Source of the DNA: Lytechinus pictus
Taxonomy: Eukaryota
Length of the DNA: 64,000 bases
Direction of reading: 5' to 3'
Assembly: GCF_037042905.1 (NCBI RefSeq)
Contig: NC_087250.1
Span: 14,386,001-14,450,000 of the forward strand
Shown piece by piece: positions 1 to 12,135 of this stretch. A model generated the notes under the pieces. That model did no database searches. It saw only the letters and a program-made list of their open reading frames with translations, and was not told the DNA's origin. Position 1 is the stretch's first letter. Each line of letters starts with the position of its first letter. The translations under genes were made by a program, and so were the position numbers.

Positions 1-39
1 TGGTCTAACTGGTCCAGTGGAACTGGTTTTTCCTTCTGG

Positions 40-390
40 GAATGTTTCGGAAATTTTGTGTATCACGATATTTATGATGCTCTTGTGAGTCATCACCTAA
101 TGGTTGGGAGGTTGGGATGAACTATGCCAGCATGGTTGGGAGGTTGGGAGAGACATTGAGTCCTTGAGCTCTATGATGCGGATTAGGTACATGGAAAATG
201 TTTAGGAAATTTTGTGTATCAAGATTTATGATACTCCTGTGAAACAGGACATTATGGTTGGGAGGTTGGGATGAACTATGTCAGCATGGTTGGGAGGTTG
301 GGAGAGACATTGATTTTATGTTGGTAATTAGGAGCGCAGGAAATCTGAACGTAACTCTTGGGCCTGCATAAGGTTGGAAGGTTGGGCGGG
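40..390. repeat. Short tandem/duplicated repeat (~155-bp duplication containing ATGGTTGGGAGGTTGGGA subunits)
   Basis: ggaaattttgtgtatca...atggttgggaggttgggatgaactatg(c/t)cagcatggttgggaggttgggagagacattga occurs at ~49-160 and again at ~205-312. Confidence 0.7.
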
Positions 391-1505
391 CAATTACAGC
401 GTTTATCAAGAACGCGTGCACAGATAGTTGCGGATACAACCATAGTATGGATATGTAGATATACATGTCATATGTATTTTCAGACTTGATGAAGCATATT
501 ACGTAATGTGGCTTATTTTGGTTGTTACACGTAAATGGTAAGGAGCATGAAAGGATAGCCTTATACAATATATAGGTTTGTGTTCAGAAACAAATTGTTT
601 GAAACCTGACAGATCACCAATATTAATATCAAAGTATATGCTCCAAAGATGTTGATTACCAAGATTTAGGGGAAATACCCGTGGGAACTACTATCCTGCG
701 GGTGGGTCACGTGATCAACAGCCCCAGGGAGGAGTTACTACCCTCCTGGTGTTCACGTGACCATATCTTTCAGTATGCCACAGTTCTAATGCATATGTAG
801 TCTTTTGTTATGTCTCACGACATTATTCAGATTGTGTTGATGTTCATTACCTTTTATGTTATTTAGGCATATCGCCTATCATGTGTTTTGATGCCTCGTA
901 TGGAATTAAATGGCAAGCAATGGCAAATTATTTGTACACTTGTTTTCTTCTCAAAAAAAGTGTTCAATCCAAAATAAAAGGGGATTTGGTTAAGGGGGAA
1001 AATGACACAAAAATTATTTCAACTGAATGAAGTTCTTTTAGGTCAGAAAACGAATTACAACAAAAATAATAACAATTAGATAATAAACAATGTTTTTTCT
1101 TCAGTTTTAAAAATAACAGAGATTTGTATCAAATCTCTACATTTTAGCATACCAAGCTAATTACCAAGAGGGTGCTGCTTCTGGTGTACAAAATACCCAA
1201 CAGTACTTCCGCTTCCAAGGGTTATGACTATCAAGGCGTTTATATCATATTGGATGCAGTGGTTAAGGTTCAGGGTCTTCTTTTATGCAAAGAATCTGAA
1301 CCAGACGGCCCCCCTCGATCGACCGCAAATTGGTTTACCAGTCAAAACAGGATTATTATTGATTTTCATAATCAGTTACATATTTAATAATAATGGGTAT
1401 TTAGAGGCGCTAAAAACAAAAAGTACCATAGCACGTATAATGTAGGAATAACAATTTAACATTTGCAATAATTACAACAATATTCAAGATAAAAAGGGAA
1501 ATTAA

Positions 1506-3635
1506 TCATTGAGGAAAAAGGTATGTCTTAAGGGAAGGTTTGAAGCCAAGAACACTGGAAGCATTTCGTATTGAAAGAGGGATAGTATTCCAAGTCTTGG
1601 CAGCTGCTACAGCAAACCGTTTTTCGGCAGAGGAGAGTTTTGACAAGGGAATGCAAAGTCTGCATGTGTCAGTGATTGAACGAAGATTACGAGAGGGTGT
1701 GTATAATTTGATGGTATTATTAAGATATTCAGGCGCTAGATGATTTAGAGTTTTGTATACATATAAACAGACTTTGAACTGAATACGTTGGAATAGAGGT
1801 AGCCAGTGGAGTTCCTTAAGTAGGGGTGTAGTGTGAGTTCGGGATCCAAAGCCAAAAATTAATCGAGCGGCACGATTCTGAATAACCTCAAGTTTTCGTC
1901 TATCTCTAGCTGACAAAACAGTATATAAACTATAACAGTAATCTAACCGAGAAAGAATAAGTGCTCGCACAGCATGGTGACATGTCTTAAGATCAATGAA
2001 TCTACGAATCCTCCACAAATTGCTGAGATGATAATTACAATTACGGACAACCTGATTTACTTGAGCAGACAGTGTGAACATGTTATCAATGCATACTCCA
2101 AGAACAGTAGTTTTAGTGGAGATGGGGATGCATTGACCATTCACATTAATCTGAATATGTGATATTGATTGCAGATGGCGGGCAGAAGAACGGAGAGCTA
2201 TGAATTCAGTTTTGCTATTATTCAGCTGGAGATAATTAGATGACATCCACCTACTTATTTCTGAAATACAAAGAGAGGTTTTCTCAAGTGTTTTATTTAT
2301 GTTATCAAAAGAGCGCGGGTCAAAGGAACAATACAGTTGTTCATCATCTGCATAACAAATATACTGTAGACCATGTTTATTGATAATGTCAGAGATGGGA
2401 GTGATATACAAACTAAACAGAATCGGCCCGAGAACTGACCCTTGGGGTACCCCAAACTCAGTGACCCACGGGTCAGACAACTCTCCGGCTATGCTTACCC
2501 TAGATGACCAACCAGTCAGGTAAGACTTAAACCATTTAAGAGCTAGACCAGATATGCGAAATCGAGATTTTAAGCGATTCAGTAGTATGGTATGATCCAC
2601 AGTGTCAAAAGCTGCACTTAGGTCTAATGAGACTAAGAAAACACACTTATGCTGATCAAAATATGACAGAACATCATTCTGCAATTTCAAAAGGGCTGTC
2701 TCAGTGCTGAAATAGGATCTATATGCTGACTGCATTGGATCGTATAAACCATTATCATTTACGTGTTCTGTTAGTTGAATTGATACTACCTTTTCTATCA
2801 CTTTAGCAATATGTGAAATATTACTAACAGGCCTATAATTACATAATGTGTCTTTATTCAGATTGTTTTTCTTGATTATTGGTGTAACTATAGCCTGATG
2901 AACACCATCTGGAAATGTACCCGATGATAATGAGCTGTTTACAATAGAGGTCAGAGCAGGAATATTGCTATTGACAAATTTTTTCAAAAGCCAAGTAGGT
3001 TGAGAATCTGTTAAAGAAGTGGCATTAGACATATTGCTCACAATGCGTTTGATATTATCCTCACTGACAACCTCAAAACAATTCAACATACTTTCATGAA
3101 AAGAACTGACTTCCTGACCATCTACACTTCTTGGTTCAGGTGTATTTGTGACATTGTTGCGGATATCACTTATCTTCTTGACAAAGAACAAAGAAAAACG
3201 ATTTGCTAGATCAAGAGGATTATCATACACAGGGAGAAATTTAACATTCTTGTGGAGCAGATTATTAACAACATTAAAAACTGTTTTGACATTGGCTTTA
3301 CAGAGTAACTCCGTATAGTATTTTTGCTTAGCCTTAACTATGAGGTCATTAACATGCTTGTTAGCTAGCTTAAAAGATGTGTGATCAGTGTCTGAAGAAC
3401 TTTTGATCCATTTCCGTTCAATCCGTCTTCTTTCTCGACGCGCAGTAAGGATTTCCTCGTTGAACCAAGGATTGCGAACCCTTGTGGAGCGGAGACATGA
3501 TTTCTGAGGAGCAAACTCATTAACGCAGGCTGCTACAGATGTGTTATACGCAGTAAGAACTGAATCGACATCACCAGCCGAGGACAAGTCATTAAGTTTG
3601 TCAATCAGTGCCTCACTAAATCCTTCGATGTCCAT
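1506..3635 (-). pseudogene. LINE ORF 3' part: reverse transcriptase (L2 clade)
   Basis: PWFN tether, QSAYR..STETAL, YADDEQLY, SRLDYC, LHWLP, WN.IP..IR C-terminus. Confidence 0.9.
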
Positions 3636-4977
3636 CCCTTGAAGTTCCTAAAAGTCCGCCTAACTCCCTCACCACCGGCCGAGGATACCTGAGTACAAAT
3701 CGGATGCAGTGATGATCAGACATGATACTTTGATGAATGACAATGTCTTCAATGATGCAGCCATGACGGGTAGGACAGATGTCTGCAGAGGATTGTCCTT
3801 GATGATTACTCTCATCTCTGGTCATTACAAGGTCCAAAGTGTGACCCATGTTATGGGTAGCTCCGGTGACATGTTGAACCAAGCTAGCAGATTCTATGAT
3901 GGATAGGAACTGAGCTACATCAGACTTTGAAGGTTTATCGACGTGAATGTTAAAGTCCCCAAGAAGAAGAACTCGCCCAGCCAATCGTGATATCTCAGCA
4001 GTAAGATCATCAAATTCTTGAAGAAAGTCTGCTGTACGGAGCTGATTCTGCACAGAAGGTGGTGGTCGGTAGACTACCAAGAAACGCAATTGACCTCCAT
4101 TGCTAACAACGTGTGCTAGCTCAAATGTAGAATAGGTCAGAGAGTCATCCATTTTCAGCTGCAGTTGAAGTGGAGACTTAAAAATAACCGCGATGCCGCC
4201 ATGAGGATCTGTTGGTCTTGGAGCATTCACAACCGCATATCCAGCTGGTAGGCATTCTGCGATGACGACTGGATCTTCTGCTCGAAGCCATGTTTCTGTT
4301 ATAATCATTACATCAATATTGTGTTCAGAAATATAATCATTGAGTAGGAATGTCTTATTACGTACAGAGTGAGCATTCCATAAACATATCTTTAAACAGG
4401 ACTCATGAACCTTTTTATTATTGGTATCAACAACAATCAAGTTACGATGATTAATTCCCTGCACAGAAGATTTGTTGTTCAGACTAAACTGAGAGATACC
4501 AGTAAGTACTGGGATTCTACGTTGCTTTCTACAACCTCCCCGTTTCCCACGATGAGATTTCCTTTTTAGTTTACGATTTATTCCTAACCTCTTAATATTT
4601 ATCAAAACATCAGGATGGAGGAAATGGTGTTGTAGTTTAATGGGTAAAACATTACATCGGAAAAGATCAAGTCTAGTGTAAGATTTACCAACTACATCAT
4701 GAACAATATGTCTGTCATCTGTGAGTGCTTGTGTACAATTCTCAGAGAACAGAGGTCCAGGATTTGGACTGACATCACCAGATATAAGTATTCTCAACCT
4801 AAAAGTGGCATTCGAGTTGGAATAGTACAACATATGTGATCCAATAACTTTCACTCTAGATGGTGATATTACACTACAATGTCTACATGTATACTGTAAT
4901 ACTACATGACAATCAACAACATGTACACTGGCCAGTGTAAGAACCATAACAAAGGTGACAACCCTGATAATCTCCAT
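3616..4977 (-). pseudogene. LINE ORF 5' part: hydrophobic leader, 2A-like motif, APE endonuclease
   Basis: MEIIRVVTFVMVLTLASVHVVDC...RLRILISGDVSPNPGP, a basic KRKSHRGKRGG patch, then the APE domain; frameshifts into the 1506-3635 frame near 3620-3660. Confidence 0.85.
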
Positions 4978-5884
4978 TGTTAAACCAAATCACATTCAAG
5001 GACAAATAAAGAAAGAATGACACGGATGGTTGACATTGAATAGTCAAGTACATTGAAAGAAACACAGTATGGCAGCAAGTACAAACTCACCTAAACATGT
5101 ACAGCATAGGTATATGCAAAAAAAAAAAAAAAAAAAAATCAAAGTCAATCACTGACAATACAATATATCAAAATCACTCAAAACTTGTCTAGCAGCTTCT
5201 ATGACATACAAAGACTCATATATATACAAAAAATAAGGTAGCATAAACAAATAACACAATTAATCTTAATGCAAAGACAGAGCAACAGAGAGTCGCCAGC
5301 TAAGCGCACACCTCTATATTTAGTGCCAAGCCTGGGAACGCATGCTTATTGTCATTCAAATATTTAAAAAGAATAGTACAGACGACATTACAAATAAGGA
5401 CATAATATTTAACCACAATCATTCGTGACAATTTCAACGTATAAGCTTTCCCCGCTATGTTCTCTATGTTTTTCCCCGCCCCCGTAACCCTCTCTGTCTC
5501 TCCACCTCTCTTATGTCTACTTTTCCTCCTTTTTGCATCGGTAAACCTGGCAAAACTTTAGATATAAACAAAACCAGCAGACGAAAAGGAATGTTATGAA
5601 ATGATGAATGAGAATAGTGCAGTTTCATTTTGATCCTGATAAATTGAATGAAAAAAAATCTGTCGTTTGATTTCTTTTTAAAAAGCGTTCACGGTTCACC
5701 TCCAACGAATTCGTAAATAGCAATGTTTGGCCGATGAAGACATAATGATGATGAAATGCCTAACCGTGACATGCACTTCTTATTTAATGTATGTACATGC
5801 GGGGGCTTTTTGACAATTCATTGCATGGGGGTTTAAGACTGGCTATATTTTACCTAGAGCTGTCATTTTTACCTCTCCCATCAC

Positions 5885-6250
5885 AACCCCTGCCATTTTA
5901 TCTCTGCCATTATTACCTCTGCCATTTTTACATCTGCCATTTTTACCTCTACCACTTTTACCTCTGCCATTTTTGTTACCTCTGCTATTTTTACCTCTGC
6001 CATTATTACCTCTGCCATTTTTACTTCTGCCATTTTTGCCTCTGCCATTTTTACCTCTGCCATTTTTACCTCTGCCATTTTTACCTCTGTCATTTTTACC
6101 TCTGCCATTATTACCCCTGCCATTTTTACCTCTGCCATTATTACCTCTGCCATTTTTACATCTGCCATTTTTACCTCTGCCATTTTTACCTCTGCCATTT
6201 TTACCTCTGCCATTATTGCCTCTGCCATTTTTACCTCTGCCATTTTTACA
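5885..6250. repeat. 15-bp minisatellite (CCTCTGCCATTTTTA)n, ~24 copies
   Basis: Direct reading; explains the repetitive ORFs 5791-6429, 5843-6283, 5881-6831 and 5973-6275. Confidence 0.95.
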
Positions 6251-6984
6251 CCGAGCCGTCTGCCCCCCCCCCTGACGAGCCACAACCCATGCAAAGGACG
6301 TATCCCTGCCCCCTGACGAGCTTGAAAGACCTTTTTTGCCCCCCTTACGAGCCTGAAAGACCTTTTTTGCCCCTGGCCCTGACGAGCTTGAAGACCTTTA
6401 TTGCCCCCCCCCCCCTTACTATAGCTTGAAGACCTTTTTTTTTTTTTTTTTTTGCTTGTCAAAATTTTTGGCCGACGGTTTTGCCCCCCTGTGGAAATCC
6501 TAGGTACGCCACTGGAGATGACCGTGTTATAGTTGCTGTGATCATCTATCAGCTCAGCTAGATTGATTTGCAGATGTGTGCTGATAGCGGTGGTCCGGAC
6601 TTTTGCATCGCGCGCTCTAGACTTTGCATCCAGGAGGTTCGTTGAAATTAAATCGAGAAAATCCTTCGCCAGGGTGTAAAACAGAAACGCGCGGACTGGG
6701 CCCCTCGGCCCTCGCCCCCCCCCCCCTCCCCTGGATCCGCGTATATATAACAACAACAACAACATGCGTAAGCCCCAATACCCATTTGTCATCTCAATAA
6801 TGATTTCTCCACGTGTCGGTGAACATTGCACATTCGTTGCTCCTGATCAATGGACCTTCCTTCCTGGTTTTCTCCCTCCGCTGCTTTCGGAGATCAGCCC
6901 TATGAAGGCAATAGTATCCATAATAAATAATCATCCAGGGTTAAGAGTAGACAGGACAAGTCGTAAAGACATAGTTCATGCAGT

Positions 6985-9900
6985 TTAATTATGGTTATAT
7001 GCAGGTTCTGAGCATGTATCAATAGATTTCAATCGACACATATGAAGTTTATAGATAAAAAATAATGTCTTAAGAAGCAGGCAGTCTTTGATAGAGACTG
7101 GTGGATCAGATACAGGAGGAAGAAGCACAACACAAGTGAACAGAGTAGGGTTTGCTGAGTTATAAGAAGAGACCACATCTGGGTAGTCTTTCAGAGATTC
7201 ATTGAGTAAGGAAATAAACTCAAAGCGAATTGAGTTGGAATGGGGACATGTGGCGATAAAGTGTTCTACTGTTTCATCTGCACTATGACAGTGCTGGCAG
7301 GTTGAGTCAGCGGTCTTAGCAATTTTGTTCAGTCTGGTTTGAAGAAGGTATGTGGAAGAAAGAAGCTGTGCTCTCACTGTCAAGGCCTTTCTAATCAAGG
7401 AGGATGGAGGGTTTCTTGGGTAGAGGTCCTTGACGTCCATAGGCAGATTACCTGCCCAGACTGAAAGACTGGCTTTCAAAAGGATGGTTTGCTCTAGATC
7501 CTCATTGACATTTCTCCTCACTGCTATGTTGATGGTGCGCTTCCAAGTGTTGTATTGAGGTGGATCTGTAATTAGATCTACAAGTGGCGGGAGATGATAT
7601 TTGGACAGAGTATCAGCAAACATCCGGATGGTTGGAGTTGTTTTCTCTGAGGCATGAAGGAAGATTCTAAACTCAAACCGACAGCGATCAATAGAAAGAA
7701 TTAGCCCAAGGAGGAGGAGTCTGTCCAGTTCTATCTGAGCAGACACTGGAATCAAGTCTGTGAGAAGATACACAATTTCATCGGCTGAAGTGATTGGTAC
7801 TCCTAGGGTCCTTTTGAATAGCTGAAGTTGTGTTTTGTTCAGTTTCTTTAGCATTGCCTGGGTGAACTTCAGAGTAGCACAGCCATAGAGCATACGTGGG
7901 ATGCAGTAAGACGTCCATAGGCGGGCAGTCACTAAAGGCACAAGACCCTCCGAGTATGCACCAGTTCCTACCATTGCATAGAAGGTGTTCAGACCTCTTG
8001 TAGCGATCATATCAGATTGGTCTGATTTCGTACTGGTCTTGAGAATTCCTAGATGGGTGTGTGAATCTGTCCGCAAGATTGCATCATTCGCTACTGTCCA
8101 ACTATCCTGGTTACTGGCTTTGCGAGGATTGGTGACCACGATAGCACTCTTAGATGGGTTGATACGATAATGCCAACAAGAAGCATATTGGAACGTCTCT
8201 TCAAGCATTTGTTGTAATTCTGAAGGGGAGTTGCTTAGGAGAGTGATGTCATCAGCCAGTGCAATCACACCTGCGTATTCCGATCGTATGAAGGTGCCGA
8301 GCCCAAGTGACTTTAGATGTTTTATGAGGCCATCAACGAATACGGTATATAAAGTGGGAGAGAGGATACCACCCTGCCTGACCCCTTGAGTGATAGGAAT
8401 AGGATCTGACACATCTCCATCCCAAAGAACATGGCTTTCCATCCTTGAGTGTAGATCTTGTATGAGACGAACAAGGGAGATGCTTATCCCAAATGAACTG
8501 CAACTTATCAATTAAGCCTTCATGCCACACACAATCGAATGCTTTCTCCGCGTCAAGATAAGCGGTGTATGTCGAAAGTCTCGAGGCAGTATTGAGTTCC
8601 AGAATAAGTTCAAGGCACAGAGATGTTAACATGCATGAGAAACCTTTCCGAAACCCAAACTGGAGCTCATCGGGTGTGTTGGCAATCTGGAGTTGACGAT
8701 CCAAGGCAGGTTTTACGCAGAGTTCAAGCAGTTTGCCAAGGGTGGAGGTCAGGGTTATACCACGATAATTTTTTGGATCCTCTGTATCCTTACCTTTCCC
8801 TTTGTGAAAAGGTAGTATCAGACATTGTTTGAGATTTTCAGGCCAGTGTGAGTGACGCAAGAAAGCATTGTAGGCTAGAAGGAGGAGCCTAACAGCAACC
8901 GGTCCAAGATGCTTTATATGTTCACTACTGATGTTATCCATACCTGCTGCTCTTCCAGACTGAAGTTGATGTATTGCAGCTGTGAGATCTTCAAACGATA
9001 ATGTGAGATGTGGCGAGCAGTCAAGGTGAGGTGATGAAGGTAAGTGCATACTGCTGACTCCATGGTATGTCGGTTTTGTAGGCTCCGGATCCATACATGT
9101 AGATGCTATGGCCATTGAACAGCCCTGTTGAATATTATTAACTGGGGAATCAATGTGGAGTTGTTCAGTGACAAGATCTTGCGTGTTTACAGGACCAGAA
9201 GCCAGATCCTTGAAGTAAAGCTGCCATCCAGAAATGAGGCTATCGCCTTCATATCTCTGATTCTTGTATGTGATGGATCGAGTTTCCGCTTGTTGTCGGT
9301 CACCTTTGTTTTTCTTGATGAGTTGATAGAAAAGCTTTTGATTGCTCTTGGAGGCACGCTCAGTTTGCGTGATTTTGTTCTTTTCGGCTATGGCAATAGA
9401 TTGGCGATAGATTTTTCTAAAGTTCTTCTTGGCAAAGATGCGCTCATCATGAAGAGTGCCTTCTTTTGAGTTGCTTTGGGATTTCCAAGCTTTCCAAGCA
9501 GCCAAGGCTTCATTGTGAGCTTCTTGGGTCTTGGTAGACCAACCTGGTTTTCCCTGCTTTTTCTTCATAGCAATTGAATGGGGAAGATCACTGGAATACT
9601 GACACATAGCTTGACTTAGCTGAAGAAGTAGATGGTCGGCTTTATTGGCCTCAAGCGACAAGTTACTGTCAAAGGATTGAAAGAGAGCGGCAGCTGTTTT
9701 CTCCATAGGGATTGTATAGTGCTTCTCAATCTCCTCAGAGGTGGCTTCATTCCACTTCACCTTGAATCGCTGAGCTTGGAGACTAGCAGTAGGGCATGTC
9801 ATGGAATCTCGGCTCTCCCTGTTAGGCTGGATTAAGCAACTCATTGTTGTGGAAACAAGACAATGATCTGATGTGTTTAGGTCATCATCGGAGATGTCGA

Positions 9901-10693
9901 TCCCACGAAATTCACTGGATTCATAAGTATGAACATAGAATCCATCAATATTGGATTTGTGTCTACCATCGTCGGATGCAAATGTGTATTGTGAGCTTGA
10001 GCAGTGTAAGGAGGTCAGACTACACAAAGATTCTTGATGAAGAAAGTTCCGCAGGATGTTACATGTTTTCTTGTTGGGTTTGCCAATAATGTCATTGTTG
10101 AAATCTCCCAGAAGAATTGGGGTGGCATCTTTAGTTGACGCTAATATCTGTGAAATGGCGACCAAGCAAGTGTGTAGTTCATTTTGAGCTACTAAGGATG
10201 AACCACATGGAAAGTAACAATTGATGAGGACAATTGGTTTGCAGGCAGATGAGAGTTTGCACAGAACTGCCAGTATTCTTGGAAGAGTAGTGGGAATCTC
10301 TTTACAGGTGGAGACTACTGACTTTCGAATAAAGATTGCGACTCCTCCTTTACCTCGCGTTCTGTGACTGAAGAAGGCATCAATCCGATCTTCAGATGCT
10401 TTGAAGATATGTAGATGAGAGTGACTAGTGCCATGGAGAGGCAAAGGAGAGCAGAGCCAGTGCTCTTGTATCGCAAGAATGTCAAGGTCCAGAAGTATTT
10501 TCTGGATGTAGGCTTTGCTAGTGTTGAACCCCCTTACGTTCAATGTTGCTATGGAAATATCTATTGTTTTGATGGGTTTGACTGGAGCTTGGTGCGATCT
10601 TTGGGAACGTTGGTGATTTGGGCTATCACTTATCGGGGCAGTTCGGATGGGTGCGTTGTCTGATGGTTCTGGAGAAGTACTTGACTTGTCCAT
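6985..10693 (-). pseudogene. LINE ORF2 (APE endonuclease, RT, C-terminal CCHC knuckle), frameshift near 8500
   Basis: Two overlapping ORFs; RT homology switches frame at GLIDKL / SFGISISLVRLIQDLH. Confidence 0.85.
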
Positions 10694-12135
10694 ACACAGT
10701 CGATGATCTGCTTGTGCAGGGTGTGAAGATTGTGTACTGTTCCTGGGTTTTGAAGGTTCCCTCCAAATGTTAAGAGATGTAGAGCCATTGGAAGAAGGTA
10801 GTAAGCTTTTTCGAGAAGGGCCAGGTGAGAGGTTGTTGACGCTCGACCATGCCGAAAACCCGGCTGTTGGTTACATGGATGTGAGGGAGGGATACTGGGG
10901 TCCAGGTTGTGATGATTCTTTCCCTGTACTCCAGAGTTCTGGGTGACTGGAGTTTGTGGGTAGTTTAGATTTTCGGTTACAACATTTGAGGATGATAGAT
11001 TTTCTTTTCCTAGTATCCTTGGAATAGTTGAAGTAGAGCTTTGTGAGTGATCTCGTCCTCCAGGCAGTTTTCCTGATAATGAAGCAGAATTCTTTCCCTG
11101 TTTACTGTAATCATTAAGATTTGGAGAAGAAGGGTAGTCTTGATTTTCGGGTACCAATCTTGGAGACAGTAAGGTAGCATCACTCGAGATATGTGGTGCA
11201 GGGAATGGTTTGCCTCGGGGATGGGAGTCCTGGTTCTTATGGTCTTCTTGGATTCGTTTTTGTCTAACCGAGCTGGGGCGGTCTTGAAGTACGGGTTGAG
11301 CAGAAGAAGGACATTCTAGATTCCGTGTCATGACTCCCTCATTGTCAGGGTTTTGATGAAACAATTGCCTCTCTGATGTGAACACTGGTTTCTGTATAGT
11401 TGGGTCACATCGCACATCTGGCATCGACATGCGGGGGCTACGTATCTTTGCAGAATTCAATTGAGTACCAACAGGGCCACACTGAGAATGGTCAGAAAGA
11501 GAGGGAAAGGAGGCTGTTCTGCGAAGAGGTATTGTGTCAAATCTGTCTTTAGCAGATGCGGAGCCAAATGATGACCTTCTCACTTTCTTCAACTTTGTAT
11601 TTTGTCTGGTTACTTCCCTGGTCGGGTGTCCTTGTTCGTTGTAGTTCAGGTGTCGTTTATGGTTGGACGTAATAGAAGTAGACCAACGAGGGTGCACTGA
11701 GATACCTGGGACCTTGGAGACCTCTGCTTGAGTTGTTGCATACCGATTGAATGTAGATTTCTCTGTGTTGATAGATCTTGGTAGTGAAAGGTTACTGGAG
11801 TTCGGGGAGCCTCTCGGCCTTAGCTTTAAATTCGGTGCACTGAGCAGTTGGTTACTAGTACGTCTGGCAGACTTGACTTGCCCAGGTGATTTGTAATGTC
11901 TGTTTTTATCTGTAGATTTGACTTTCTCATGAGGTTGCTGGTGACGCCACATATTTGAAGTGTTTTCCTTTGAACCGCATATCTTCACGTCCCCGCTGAA
12001 ATCTGGGGATTCATTAGGATCAGCACTCATGTCATCGAGGATACTGAAACGGTTTTTTGTTTTCACAGGGTTGTCTGTTCTTTTCTGGTTTTTGAGCAGA
12101 AAATTAGCAGTGTCTCCTGGCATATTAGAAGTCAA

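Larger units (their letters stand above)
1387..5315 (-). mobile_element. Near full-length L2-clade non-LTR retrotransposon (APE endonuclease + reverse transcriptase), one frameshift
   Basis: ORF 3616-4977 has APE motifs (WNAHSV, ITETWL, GGIAV, VYRPP, LLGDFNIH, GHTLDLV, SDH). ORF 1506-3635 has RT motifs (NYRPVSN, LDLSAAFDTVDH, GVPQGSVLGPILF, YADD, LHWLP). The minus-strand 3' end reads ...gcgcctctaaatacccATTATTATTA. Possible TSD atattta at 1380-1386 and 5316-5322 (weak). Confidence 0.9.

Noticed and set aside
5791..6831. Repetitive ORFs (GKNGR)n, (AEVKM)n, (CHFYL)n, (LPLPF)n on both strands
   Set aside because: By-product of a stop-free 15-bp minisatellite; no splice or gene context
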